Notes: a model not told the origin generated them from the sequence alone. Positions 20,289-30,586 are shown, counted from the first letter of the stretch. The stretch is DNA of 64,000 nucleotides from Aureliella sp. (GCA_963691875.1 OY829846.1:3136001-3200000), one strand, 5' to 3'. Translations and numbers: made by a program.

Positions 20289-22052
20289 CTACTCTTCCAA
20301 TCGGAAACGGGAAACTAGATCGCTGAGGGCGGTCGCTTGCGCTCCCAACTCCTCGCTACTAGATGCCATCTCTTCACTTCCACTAGCAGCCTGCTCCGTT
20401 ACCTCCGAGATTTGCTGGATAGTGCTCGCAATTCCGTTCGCGCTCTGAGATTGCTCCACTGTAGAGTCGGCGATCTCTGCGATGCGTCACGCTGTACCCT
20501 CGACACCCTGAATGATTTTTGATAGCGATTCACCTGTCTGTTCGCTCAGCTCGGCTCCTTCCTCGACACGTTTCGTAGATTCCTTAATCAGTGTCGAAAT
20601 CTCTTTTGCAGCCTCGCTGGATCGCTCAGCAAGCTTGCGTACTTCGTCGGCAACGACGGCGAAGCCCATGCCGTGCTCACCAGCTCGAGCGGCTTCGATC
20701 GCCGCGTTCAGGGCGAGCAGGTTGGTTTGACTGGCGATCTCAGAAATCACCTGAATGATCTCGCTAATCTGATTGGACGATGCTTTGATACGCTCCATAG
20801 CTGCAATGGACTTATCGACGGCCGATCCACCTTCCTCAGCCAAGCTATTAGTTTCATTGGCGACTTTGTTGGCCTCATCGGCATTTTCTTTCACGGCGTC
20901 GATACTGCGTGCAAGCTCCTCTACAGCAGCACTCATCTCTTCGACGGAGGCCGTCTGAGTCTGGGCACCTTCAGCAAGCGTCTGAGCATTTTCGGATACG
21001 ACTCGCGAACCTTCCGTAAACTGTGCTGCCCCTTCAACTACTTGCCAAATGATCTCTCGGAGATCAGTTAGCATTTTGCTTAAGCCTGCAGCGAGTTCGC
21101 CAACCGCATCCTCGCCCGCAACCGTAACTTCCTGGGTCAAGTCGCCATTGGCGGCGGCATTGACCACGGCTAGCAATTGGTCAACTTTTTCGCGCAGTTG
21201 CTCTTGCTGCTGCCGTTCCCGCTTCTGGTTCTCCTTCTCCCGAATCTCGGCGTTCTTTTGGTCGGTGATGACCGCCCAAGCGACCATAGGCCCAAAGTAG
21301 TTCCCCTTATCATCGTAGATTGCTGACGCATCGAGGCGCAATGTGTCATCCCCGACTTTAATCTCTGCACTGTGAGGCAGGTTGTTTGGATCCGCAAGCA
21401 TACGCCGTTGATGCGACGGGTTCTTGTGGAACACGTCGTAAGAAGCACCTACGATCTCGTCTACCTTTACAGGTAGTTGATGTTCGATGGTTTTCAGCGT
21501 GTTGCGCGATGCAGGATTCATGTAGACAATCGTGCCATTCAGATCTGCTAACATGATGTTGATCGGAACATTCTCAACAATCGCAGTTTTCTGAGCAGCA
21601 TTCTCTCGGCGTAATCTTTCTGCGGTAATATCAGTGGCATTCTTTACAACGCGGTAGGTCTTGCCGCTGTCGTCGGTCAGAGCAGAGTAACGAGCTTGAA
21701 TCCAAATCTCTTTGGAGCCCTTGCCAAAGCGCTGGAACTCACCTTGGATAGACTCGCCACGTTGAAGCTTCGCCCAAAAATCCTGATACTCCGTGCTCTC
21801 CGCGTACTTTCGATCGACAAACATACTGTGGTGTTGACCCTGAACCTCATCCAGTCGGTAGCCGACCGCCGACAAGAAGTTTTGATTTGCGGAAAGGATC
21901 GTACCGTCGGATTCAAATTCAATCACAGCAAGCGTGGTGCTGATCGCATCTAGCTTCGCCTGTGTTTCCTGCAGTTCCTTCTTAAAGCCCGCTTCGCGAG
22001 CATTCGTCTTGCTGTTCTTTGCCTGAGGACGCTCAAGAGTCGCCTGTGCCAT
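20289..22052 (-). pseudogene. soluble PAS-PAS methyl-accepting chemotaxis protein, interrupted by in-frame TGA at 20489-20487
   Basis: [37 protein letters not shown] signature; the frame continues past TGA for 65 MCP-like codons (RIAEIADSTVEQSQS...SEELGAQATALSDLVSRFRLEE-TAG). Confidence 0.88.
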
Positions 22053-22748
22053 TTTTTGCCCCTTTTCCAGTAGTTGATTAGAAGATCAAAAGATCTGAAG
22101 AGTTTCGTTTTAGCGGTCCCTCTGCACGATCCTCGGCCAGAGATGTTGCCGCACCGCTGCCAATCCAAAAGTGGGGAGCGACTTCTCTGCAACACGATTT
22201 CAACTGTCAAACCTGAACACAGCAGTCGCATAGCTCAGGAACAATCTTTCGCACCCGCCTAACAGGTAAGTGTGCGATAACGCACACATAGTCACTGCCT
22301 CGCCAATGCGGCCTCTGCTACTTCTATGGGCCACAACAAAGCTTCAGTCAAAGCACGGCGATAGATTGGCGGAGAATGAATACAAAGGGCGCGAATGACT
22401 CACCTACCGAGAGGGGACAGAGAATCGACTTGCCACTCAATGAGTGGACCAAGCGGATAACCGCTTTAAACACAGCTGCACCCCTTAGTTGCACAACGGC
22501 AGGAATTGCGGGTAGCGTGAATAAGTAAGTCGTGCTTCACACTGAGAGAAATAGCCGTGTGATTAGCATGCTTGAGACTGTGTGATGGAGGTACGCTCCC
22601 CAGCGCAGGGGAGCGGTAAAGTACGCGTCTCGCAAAGGGCTGAAAAATCATTCATCTCTGAAATCAGAGACTAGGTTGAAGTGGGTGCGAGTCACAAGGA
22701 GCAACGTGCCGCTCTAGCCCTATCAACTACTGTTTTGGGATCACAACT

Positions 22749-23258
22749 ATGTTTCTCTTTCGTCCTGTCGAATTGACGACAGCTGATGAGTGTTTTACGA
22801 GCTTTCAGTCTCTACCACTGATCGCCAAACGTTGTTTGTTATCCACGCTGGGTGTGTTGTTTCTCGGCATCGGTGTCGTGGGAATCTATCTTCCTGGGAT
22901 TCCGACGACAGGTCCTGTGCTACTCGGGATCTACTTGCTGGCCAGGGGCTGGCCTAAGTTGCATCAGCGAGTGTGTCAGAGCAAGATGCTCCAGCCCTAC
23001 GTGGCATATTTCGACGGCCGAAGAGTCTTGACGCGGCGCAGCAGGTGGATTGCGGCGTTCTGCATGTGGACCAGTATTAGCGTCAGCTGCTGGCTCTTCA
23101 GCCTTCAACCAAACTACCAGTGGCAGGCTATCACAGCTTGCCTTGTCGGAGGCGGCCTTGGTACGCTTGCCATTGCTTTCTTCAATCCCAAGCCTGGGCA
23201 GGTTGCTTCTAAAGATCTTGCTATGATCGATAGCTCAGGTACACCAGTTGACTCATAG
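22749..23258 (+). CDS. YbaN/DUF454 family inner-membrane protein
   Basis: LGIGVVGIYLPGIPTT motif followed by hydrophobic helices. Confidence 0.8.
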   Translation: MFLFRPVELTTADECFTSFQSLPLIAKRCLLSTLGVLFLGIGVVGIYLPGIPTTGPVLLGIYLLARGWPKLHQRVCQSKMLQPYVAYFDGRRVLTRRSRWIAAFCMWTSISVSCWLFSLQPNYQWQAITACLVGGGLGTLAIAFFNPKPGQVASKDLAMIDSSGTPVDS

Positions 23259-23523
23259 TGGTCGAATTTCTAGCGCAGCCGCATCGGAAATAGGCAAGTG
23301 TTAGCTACGATCCAAACTCGGCTGGTTGAGATCTGGAAATCCTGGGTTTGCATCCGCGTGCCTGCAGGTGGGGCTTATGCCCTCGAATTGCGGCTTTCGT
23401 TCTCGAATAGCGACCCGATTTCATTAGTGCGGACTCATCTGGCGGACTCAATTGCCGGTAGCACGTGAAGAAGGGCGATCAAATGATCACCTGTGCCCTT
23501 GTTTGAAACTAACGACTCATGCC

Positions 23524-23798
23524 TCAACGGTGCGGATTGGAAAGCGCCCTCTGAACCGCTTTGTGAACCACAGTCTAAGCCCCCAATCGAATCTCTTAAA
23601 GATCGCGTTGAAGTGAGTCTCCGCAGAGGAGTTGTTGAGCGGGTCACAAACATAGTTGATCGGTAGTTTGTTCAGCGCGATGGCAGCTACGTCTTGCACA
23701 TTAATGCGGCTCGCCGATATCTCCGATGCAATTTTCGCCTCCAGCTCGAGAATCTCATCAAAGACTATTGGCTCTGTAAGATTCTTCAAATACGCCAA
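23524..23798 (-). pseudogene. ComFB-family protein, apparently frameshifted near 23574
   Basis: LKNLTEPIV.DEI and DVAAIALNKLP.NYV motifs; a family-like C-terminus TVVHKAVQRALSNPHR-TGA lies in the -1 frame (23574-23524). Confidence 0.65.
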
Positions 23799-23955
23799 GT
23801 TCGGCAGCCATCATCTTCACCATTCTAAAAATGCCGCTGTGCACTGCGTAATCACAGGTCACCAGCGGGCATGCCATACCGAATATTAGCTGTCTGCGTC
23901 AAAAGCTCGGTTGAAGATCACAGTGGCAGCGAACTAGCTACTTATTCTCTCGTCA

Positions 23956-25320
23956 TCATCTGCTTACAAGAATCTTCCCAATCGGCTGCATTCCGGGCCA
24001 ATACGAGAGCACGTAAGAATTGAGTCCGTCACGAATAGTGACTTTGCACTGAGTCGTCGGCGCGATGGGTGTACCAGCCGTGATGGGTTCTAAACCCAAA
24101 GTGTGGGTACCGCTCGGGAGTTCCAGCCTGAGGATCTGGAACTCGCGCGGTAACAAGCCCCAGCATCGAGTATCGGCCGCCTCGGTGGCTTCCCAGAGAA
24201 CTCCCGCTGCGTCCAAGGCGAAAGAAGCAATATCCGAGTTTACGTCTAGCTGATCCTTCGCCGCGTAGACCGCACCCTTCTTCAGGACGCGACGCACAAC
24301 AGCTCGCGTTATCACCGAAGGTAGTTTGGCCTCATAGGAATCGACTGCAAGTTCATGCAAGTCGCTTATAGGCAGCGTGGTTGAGACCGGCACATCGCCA
24401 ACTTTGACGCCGAGCAAGTCAAAAGGCTTAGGCGGACTAACGATGATTGGAATCTTAACTGGTGCGATGGTCGGAGGGATCGAGTACTCGCCGAGGTTGG
24501 AAACGATCAAGTCTGCTGCTTGCAGCGCGGCTTGAGTGGCGGGTTGAGTCGTTTCTTCCTTGAATGGGCCACGCCCGACCATAGCGATCACATAAACAAT
24601 CCCATGCCCTGGCGCACAGTGCACTCCGTGCTGCGCTCGCTCAAGATCCTGCTGTAGAAGTGGCGAGTCAGGAAGCAGAGCCAGGCTTTCTTCGTAGTAG
24701 CGAGCCGCCTCATGGTAGTCGGTGTGCGTACTTTCCAGCAACATACCGCGAAGATACGGAGCTATGGTGGGTACGCAGTAGTCTTCAGGCAGTTCCTCGT
24801 CCCAACGCTCTTTGGCTCGGCCGAAGAGTTCGCGCTGCTTGTCTAAGGTCTGCAGGGAGTATGCTTCCGCATCAACGCCGTCCTGCATGAGGCTACAGAG
24901 GCTTAGCATCACGCGGACCAGCAGCTTTTCGTAGTCTTCGCCCGCGTAAGCCCTTATCTGGTCATCAGTCAAATAAGAGCTCGTGTCTTCAACGAAGCTT
25001 TTTTGTTGAAGGCGATCCCACTCATCGCGAACACTCTGCAATCGCCGCTCCGCTGCAGCCACGTCTCCCTGAAAGAGCTCGACCATGGCCAAGTCTAGTT
25101 CGAGAACGGAAGAATCCTGTTTTCCCTTCTGCGCCAGCTTATCGAACTCGGCCCTTGCTTGATGCAAGTCATTGCTATAAAACTCACTTCGCGGCCTCAT
25201 CAAACGGCTTGCATGAGTGCTGCAGCCGCCAAACAGCAACAGAGCGACGATGGCGGGCAGCCCTTTGAGGCTACTTGAGATCGTTGCTGTGGATGAGTTG
25301 CTTGACATGGGAGACAGCAA
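23956..25320 (-). CDS. COG3014-family lipoprotein (TPR-like)
   Basis: Lipobox LFGGC; YAGEDYEK motif; EAADTRCWGLLP; adjacent to LpoB-like gene. Confidence 0.75.
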   Translation of the reverse strand: MLSPMSSNSSTATISSSLKGLPAIVALLLFGGCSTHASRLMRPRSEFYSNDLHQARAEFDKLAQKGKQDSSVLELDLAMVELFQGDVAAAERRLQSVRDEWDRLQQKSFVEDTSSYLTDDQIRAYAGEDYEKLLVRVMLSLCSLMQDGVDAEAYSLQTLDKQRELFGRAKERWDEELPEDYCVPTIAPYLRGMLLESTHTDYHEAARYYEESLALLPDSPLLQQDLERAQHGVHCAPGHGIVYVIAMVGRGPFKEETTQPATQAALQAADLIVSNLGEYSIPPTIAPVKIPIIVSPPKPFDLLGVKVGDVPVSTTLPISDLHELAVDSYEAKLPSVITRAVVRRVLKKGAVYAAKDQLDVNSDIASFALDAAGVLWEATEAADTRCWGLLPREFQILRLELPSGTHTLGLEPITAGTPIAPTTQCKVTIRDGLNSYVLSYWPGMQPIGKILVSR

Positions 25321-25328
25321 ACTTCTGC

Positions 25329-26003
25329 CTAGTGATTCCCGGGGAACCAGTTGTAGCTGCCAAGTCGATGTAAGGCAGACTTGTGGTAGCCCTTGCGAAT
25401 CTCAGCTTGTTCCTTGAAGCTCGTATTGTTTCGGGTATCAATCATCTCGAGAGTCAGCAAGTAGTCTCGCTGCGACGAGGAATTGCGATCGGTGGTTCCA
25501 CTCGTCAACTTGGCAAACAGCAAATACTCAACAGGCTGGCCGTTCGCATGCAACATGCTTGTAAAGCGTTGCATGTTCACTGGCACAAACAACGCGTCTG
25601 GCCGGAGTTCGGTCTCGTAGAGTGCCGCTTCGACTACACGTCGACTTAGTGAGGCGAACTGTGGGGACTGGCTCACTCGAGCGTCAATGAGCTCATAAAG
25701 ATGTTCCTTGAAGTCACCTAGTTCCTCAGAGCTGTGGTTCTCGATGCCCACGAAACATACCGTACTTGGAACCGGAAGGCCGTTTGCATCGATCGCTGGA
25801 GAATTGGTGCAACGGCCTAGCAGCTTGGCGACCGACTCTTCGACCAACGGCTTGTAGACGGCCGAGCCGGCATCGTGACTACCGACCATATCCGTTTTCT
25901 CAGGACTAACGATATGCCCGTACTGAAAACCTCGACAACCACTTAGTGCGAAAGCAGCGCAGAGCATAGCTGCCGCAACAATTTGCTTAGACGATTGATG
26001 CAT
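25329..26003 (-). CDS. penicillin-binding protein activator LpoB-like lipoprotein
   Basis: Lipobox ALSGC; FVGIENHS.E, YLL..KL.S, YLLTLEMID...F. Confidence 0.7.
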   Translation of the reverse strand: MHQSSKQIVAAAMLCAAFALSGCRGFQYGHIVSPEKTDMVGSHDAGSAVYKPLVEESVAKLLGRCTNSPAIDANGLPVPSTVCFVGIENHSSEELGDFKEHLYELIDARVSQSPQFASLSRRVVEAALYETELRPDALFVPVNMQRFTSMLHANGQPVEYLLFAKLTSGTTDRNSSSQRDYLLTLEMIDTRNNTSFKEQAEIRKGYHKSALHRLGSYNWFPGNH

Positions 26004-26296
26004 CCCTTCATCCCTCGTTTGGAATCGATAGCTTCAGTGATTCGCCGAAAACTCCACGCCAACGGTGCGCAAAGCACAGCTTTAGCGAATCCAGAAATGC
26101 GGCGACAAGTTTGGTCCTGCAAAGCTAGCAAAGCAGGTGCCGAGCAACGCAGCAGACCTGTTATCTAAAATGAGACGAAAGGCGGCTTCTTTGGGAAAAC
26201 ATCCCGAGGCCAATCGTGCTCAACAAACACCATCGGGCGTGGCTCCATCCACAATTGATAACTAGTCGATTTTTTTAGGCTTGGGATGCCGCGTTG

Positions 26297-27436
26297 CTAG
26301 CGATCGGCCCCAAAAACAACGCAAATCGGCGACGGAGAATTGATGACATTTTGGTTGTAAGTCATCCTACCGGACCCTGGATTGACCTCAAAACAAGCGA
26401 GAGTATTCGATGCCTGCCCGCCAACTAGCAGCCAGCGTGCTGATGGATCGAGATTGAAGTTACGTGGGATCGAGCCTCTGACGTGCTCGTTCTGAATCAT
26501 TTCCAAAGCTCCATCCTTCCCAACGGAGAACGCCGTGATCGTATCGTGTCCTCGATTGGCCGCGTAAACGAACTGGCCATTGGGATGCACGCGAATCTCC
26601 GAACAACTCTTAAACTTCTCAAGCTTCAGTTCTTCTGGATCCACAGTGGGAATCGTCTGCTTGATCTTCATGCTCCCCGTTTTCGCGTCGTAATCGAAAA
26701 CTGAGACGGCCAAGGAGAGTTCGTTCAAGACATAAATCCATTTGCCGTTCGGATGAAACTTCATGTGTCTTGGACCGGAACCTGGTGGGACGTCGGCGTG
26801 TCCATGAGGATGAATCGTTGCGTTGTCCAGGTCCACTTTGTAGATGACGACTTGGTCGAGCCCCAAGTCGGGAACGAAAGCGAACCGATTGTCCGGAGAG
26901 AAGCCAGTCCAGTGAGCGTGTGACGCATCCTGGCGATTACCGAAGACCCCTGACCCACCTTCATGTTCAATCAAAGTTGTTTGCCGAAGGATCCTTCCTG
27001 ACTGGGCTAACTCATAAGCTGCGACCGAGCCGCCTCCATACTGGGCCGAAAGCAACATATTGCCAGTCGGGTCGACGGAGACATGTGCTGAGCCACCGTC
27101 ACCGACTGGAACCGAGTTTACGAGCTTAAGCTTTGCTTTGTTGCCAGTGGCAACAATCTTGAAACATGCGATCGACGGCACATCCGCAACCGTCCCGACG
27201 GAGTAAATGTGCGTACCCTTCGGGTGCATGGCGATGAAACCAGGACGCTGGATCTCGCCGACACGCTTGGAGGGCCCAAGCTTCCCGGTCTCAGTGTTGA
27301 GCATACAGTGGTAAATGCCGGTCTCCGGTCCTCGACTGCCAGTTCCGAGCCAAACATCAATTTCTTGGGCGACTGCACTTACTGAACCAGCCATGAGCAC
27401 TACTGCTAAGGTGAGAAGGATGCGATGAAAGATCAT
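26297..27436 (-). CDS. secreted lactonase (6-phosphogluconolactonase, 7-bladed propeller)
   Basis: Signal peptide; QYGGGSV, RQDASHAH, VPDLGLD, GSGPRH, ANRGHD, PRNF. Confidence 0.9.
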   Translation of the reverse strand: MIFHRILLTLAVVLMAGSVSAVAQEIDVWLGTGSRGPETGIYHCMLNTETGKLGPSKRVGEIQRPGFIAMHPKGTHIYSVGTVADVPSIACFKIVATGNKAKLKLVNSVPVGDGGSAHVSVDPTGNMLLSAQYGGGSVAAYELAQSGRILRQTTLIEHEGGSGVFGNRQDASHAHWTGFSPDNRFAFVPDLGLDQVVIYKVDLDNATIHPHGHADVPPGSGPRHMKFHPNGKWIYVLNELSLAVSVFDYDAKTGSMKIKQTIPTVDPEELKLEKFKSCSEIRVHPNGQFVYAANRGHDTITAFSVGKDGALEMIQNEHVRGSIPRNFNLDPSARWLLVGGQASNTLACFEVNPGSGRMTYNQNVINSPSPICVVFGADR

Positions 27437-27765
27437 TGGATTCGTCCAACGTGAAGCTAGAGGTGAGAAGACAGAGCGGAAGCAGCTGGAAACAGCTTAT
27501 CCGAAGGGGAGAAGGGCGACTAATGAGAAGGGGATTATAGGCTTGCCGGTCATGCGAATCGTAGCGATTGAACAGAAATTTTTGGGGAATTTGTGATACA
27601 CGCACTCGAACACGACCTATGGTTTTGGACCCGAAATGTTTCAGTCACTCAGGATAAGCGATTGGGATTTTGCGAATTGCACGCCTTCAAACGCTCGTTT
27701 CTGGCCGAACTCGCCTTCCGTAAGCAAAAGCCTTCCGCCAACTCGCATTCGCAATCGTTGCTGCC

Positions 27766-29706
27766 ATGCTGCATCTAAGTCCTCGCAAAAGCCGAATCTC
27801 GAGTCAACAACAGCGACGCTTACGACGTCTAAATGACTTCGTGCGAAACGTGCGCTCTTTGCAGACGAATTACTGCCAGTGCGGTCGTCTTGAACTGCAA
27901 GAAAGCTTTCAACACTTGAGGCAGCGCGCGCAGCAAGACAAAACTGCAGGATCGCACAGTCAGAGTTTTCTCGAAGCTGCCTCGCATGCGGTCACTGCGG
28001 CCGAAAGCGTTTTCGAATTCAAACTGCACGATGTTCAGATCGCAGGTGCCGCGGCAACAGCCAGTTCCGCCATTGTCGAGATGCAAACGGGTGAGGGGAA
28101 AACCATTGTCTGCGCTCTGGCGGCACTTATTCGAAGCATTTTCGATTCGTCCGTGCATGTTGCGACAACAACAGAGTATCTGGCACGACGCGACTTTGCA
28201 TCCAACTTACCTCTGTTTCAAGCGCTTGGAGTCGACGCGGAATTGTTGTCAAGCGAGGCCAGCCCAGCTGCCAACCGAAACGCCTACCGATGCCCAATTA
28301 CCTACGGTGCCGGCTATCTGTTTGGATTTGACTACTTGCGCGATCAAGTCACCTTGCGCGAGCACGAAAAAAACACTCTCGGCCGTGACGTACTGAATAG
28401 CATTTTGGATGTAAACCCAGAGTCGCAATTAAATCAGCTGGAACATCGGACCATCATCGTGGATGAAGCAGATAGTGTTCTTCTCGATGAAGCCACCACT
28501 CCCTTAATTCTCAGCGGTGTAAATCAGCGTATCGCACCTGAGACACGGCGACTCTACGAGCTTGCGCGAAGCATTGCCAACTCCATGAATGAGTCGGAAC
28601 ATTTTCTGATGGAAGAGAGGCCTGCTGGAGTCAGTTTGACAAAGGCAGGGCAGGGGCTTGCGCACGAAGCTTTGTCACGAGGGCACAACACGCTGTTACA
28701 ACGCCCTTGGACCGAGTACATCAAGCAGGCTTTGTTCGCCGAATATCAGTTGCAATGCAACGTGGACTACGTCGTCGACGAAGATCGAGTCAAACTTGTC
28801 GATCAGCACACGGGACGCATTTTCGAGGATCGGCAGCTAAGGGCCGGGCTGCACCAGGCAGTCGAAGCTAAAGAAGGCGTGACCATTCAGGCTTGCACCG
28901 AAGCGATTGCACGAATCTCACGGCAACGCTTTTTCCAAATGTACGAAAACGTCTGCGGTTTGACTGGGACAATTCGAGACAACGAATCTGAAGTGGAGCA
29001 CTTCTATCGTTCGCGTGTTCACGCACTGCCGACACACAAAATATGTCGCCGAATTGAACTGCCGACGCGTTTCTTCGTCTCGCGCGAAGCAAAGATACAA
29101 GCGATTGTTCACAGCATCAATCAAATTGCAAAGACTGAGAGGCCGGTATTGGTCGGAACCGAGAGTATCGATGAAAGCCTGGAAGTTTTTGGGTTACTGC
29201 AGGCGGCAGGACGTTCTGCCTCGTTGCTCAATGGCCTACAAGACGCTGATGAAGCTGAAGTCATCGCGGAAGCTGGGCGATCTGGAGCTGTCACCATCGC
29301 TACCAACATGGCTGGTCGAGGTACCGATATTCGACTGGTTCAAGTTGCACGAGAGCTAGGCGGACTGCACGTCATTGCTTGCAGTCACCAAACCAATGCT
29401 CGCATAGATCGACAACTTGCTGGTCGCTGTGCCCGACAAGGCGACCCAGGATCCTACCAGTTCTTTGTTTCTGCAGAAGACAGACTACTACTGGAGCATG
29501 CACCAAAGCTAGCCGCAAAGCTCCAAGCTTCTGCCGCTGAAGGCGAAACCGAAGTGCACCAAGACTTTGGGCCCGAGATCAAACGACTTCAGCAAGAGCT
29601 GGAAGTGCGTTCCTTTGACCTTCGGAAGGATGTATTCACACAGGATGAATGGCTCAACCAAGTGCGACACAGCCTGGCGAGCCCAGGAGAATCGCATGCG
29701 TACTAG
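27766..29706 (+). CDS. secondary, C-terminally truncated SecA-like ATPase (SecA_DEAD type)
   Basis: EMQTGEGKT, FGFDYLRD, IVDEADSVL.DEA.TPL, QAVEAKE, GLTGT, IATNMAGRGTDI, RIDRQL.GRCARQGDPG; only 646 aa, with no wing/scaffold or Zn tail. Confidence 0.9.
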   Translation: MLHLSPRKSRISSQQQRRLRRLNDFVRNVRSLQTNYCQCGRLELQESFQHLRQRAQQDKTAGSHSQSFLEAASHAVTAAESVFEFKLHDVQIAGAAATASSAIVEMQTGEGKTIVCALAALIRSIFDSSVHVATTTEYLARRDFASNLPLFQALGVDAELLSSEASPAANRNAYRCPITYGAGYLFGFDYLRDQVTLREHEKNTLGRDVLNSILDVNPESQLNQLEHRTIIVDEADSVLLDEATTPLILSGVNQRIAPETRRLYELARSIANSMNESEHFLMEERPAGVSLTKAGQGLAHEALSRGHNTLLQRPWTEYIKQALFAEYQLQCNVDYVVDEDRVKLVDQHTGRIFEDRQLRAGLHQAVEAKEGVTIQACTEAIARISRQRFFQMYENVCGLTGTIRDNESEVEHFYRSRVHALPTHKICRRIELPTRFFVSREAKIQAIVHSINQIAKTERPVLVGTESIDESLEVFGLLQAAGRSASLLNGLQDADEAEVIAEAGRSGAVTIATNMAGRGTDIRLVQVARELGGLHVIACSHQTNARIDRQLAGRCARQGDPGSYQFFVSAEDRLLLEHAPKLAAKLQASAAEGETEVHQDFGPEIKRLQQELEVRSFDLRKDVFTQDEWLNQVRHSLASPGESHAY

Positions 29707-30586
29707 AGTCTTCCGTAGCGGAAGTTGTCAAGACTTTAGGTCCACCATCAGACCTATCCACCGCCGAGCCAACACAGTTTTGCCTTTACTGGTGATTCTT
29801 TTCACCGCAACCAATCTGCACGCACAAGTGCTTGAGAGCTTTGCTGAGCCCGTCGAGTTACGAGAGGTTGCTGCTGCTGAGCCGGGTGTTGTTTCCAAGA
29901 CGTTCGTTCGAGAAGGCCAGTCGATTGAAATTGGCCAAGTGCTTGCAGAGCTTCAATGTGAGGAACTCAGGCAAAAAAAAAGGCTTGCAGAGCTACGAGC
30001 CGAATCAGCTTTTGCGATCCAAGCCGCCGATGCACTGGTCCGCATTCGCGAAAAGAAGCTGGCAGCCCTGCGACCAATGCTTGAATCGGGGCATGCCAAT
30101 CAGTCTGAAGTCGAGCAAGCTGAGCTAGAGTTTGATGCAGCCTTCTCGGAACGCGAAGCAGCAAAACTTGCCCGAGAGGAGCAGAAAATTCAAGTCTGCT
30201 TGATCGAAGCCGAAATAGAACGCCGACTGATCCGCAGCCCAATCCGTGGCGTCATCACGGAGGTGCATCGGCAGGCTGGCGAATTTATTGCTGGGGCAGA
30301 ACCCAAGTTTGCAACGATTGCGGACCTGACCAAACTCCGCGCGAGATTCTACTTGAACGCAGAGGAAGCAATCCAACTCAAAACTGGTCAAAACGTAACA
30401 ATTGCGACTGGCTTGACTCAGAAGATTGTTCACGGAACCGTCAGTTTTGTCTCACCCGTCACTGATGCTGACAGCTCCACCACTCGAGTAGAAGTATTAC
30501 TCAACAATCCGCAGAACGAGCTGCGCAGTGGATCCCCCTGTCGCTGGATTGGGCCTGAGAGCGGCCGACAGAAGGAGCGTTCGTGA
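29696..30586 (+). CDS. RND/HlyD-type periplasmic adaptor (membrane fusion protein)
   Basis: AGGAG RBS before ATG 29696, overlapping the secA stop; lipoyl-like VREGQ.I..GQVLA, coiled coil, IRSPIRGV, VSPVTDADS.T. Confidence 0.85.
   Translation: MRTRVFRSGSCQDFRSTIRPIHRRANTVLPLLVILFTATNLHAQVLESFAEPVELREVAAAEPGVVSKTFVREGQSIEIGQVLAELQCEELRQKKRLAELRAESAFAIQAADALVRIREKKLAALRPMLESGHANQSEVEQAELEFDAAFSEREAAKLAREEQKIQVCLIEAEIERRLIRSPIRGVITEVHRQAGEFIAGAEPKFATIADLTKLRARFYLNAEEAIQLKTGQNVTIATGLTQKIVHGTVSFVSPVTDADSSTTRVEVLLNNPQNELRSGSPCRWIGPESGRQKERS
29714..29740 (+). repeat. dispersed REP-like repeat copy
   Basis: CGTAGCGGAAGTTGTCAAGACTTTAGG; near-identical to the reverse complement of 43220-43246. Confidence 0.7.

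Noticed and set aside
15630..20489. Selenocysteine at the cheA and mcp TGA codons
   Set aside because: These positions are not Cys-equivalent (Gly in HSLKG; a coiled-coil position in the MCP), and no convincing SECIS-like hairpin follows.
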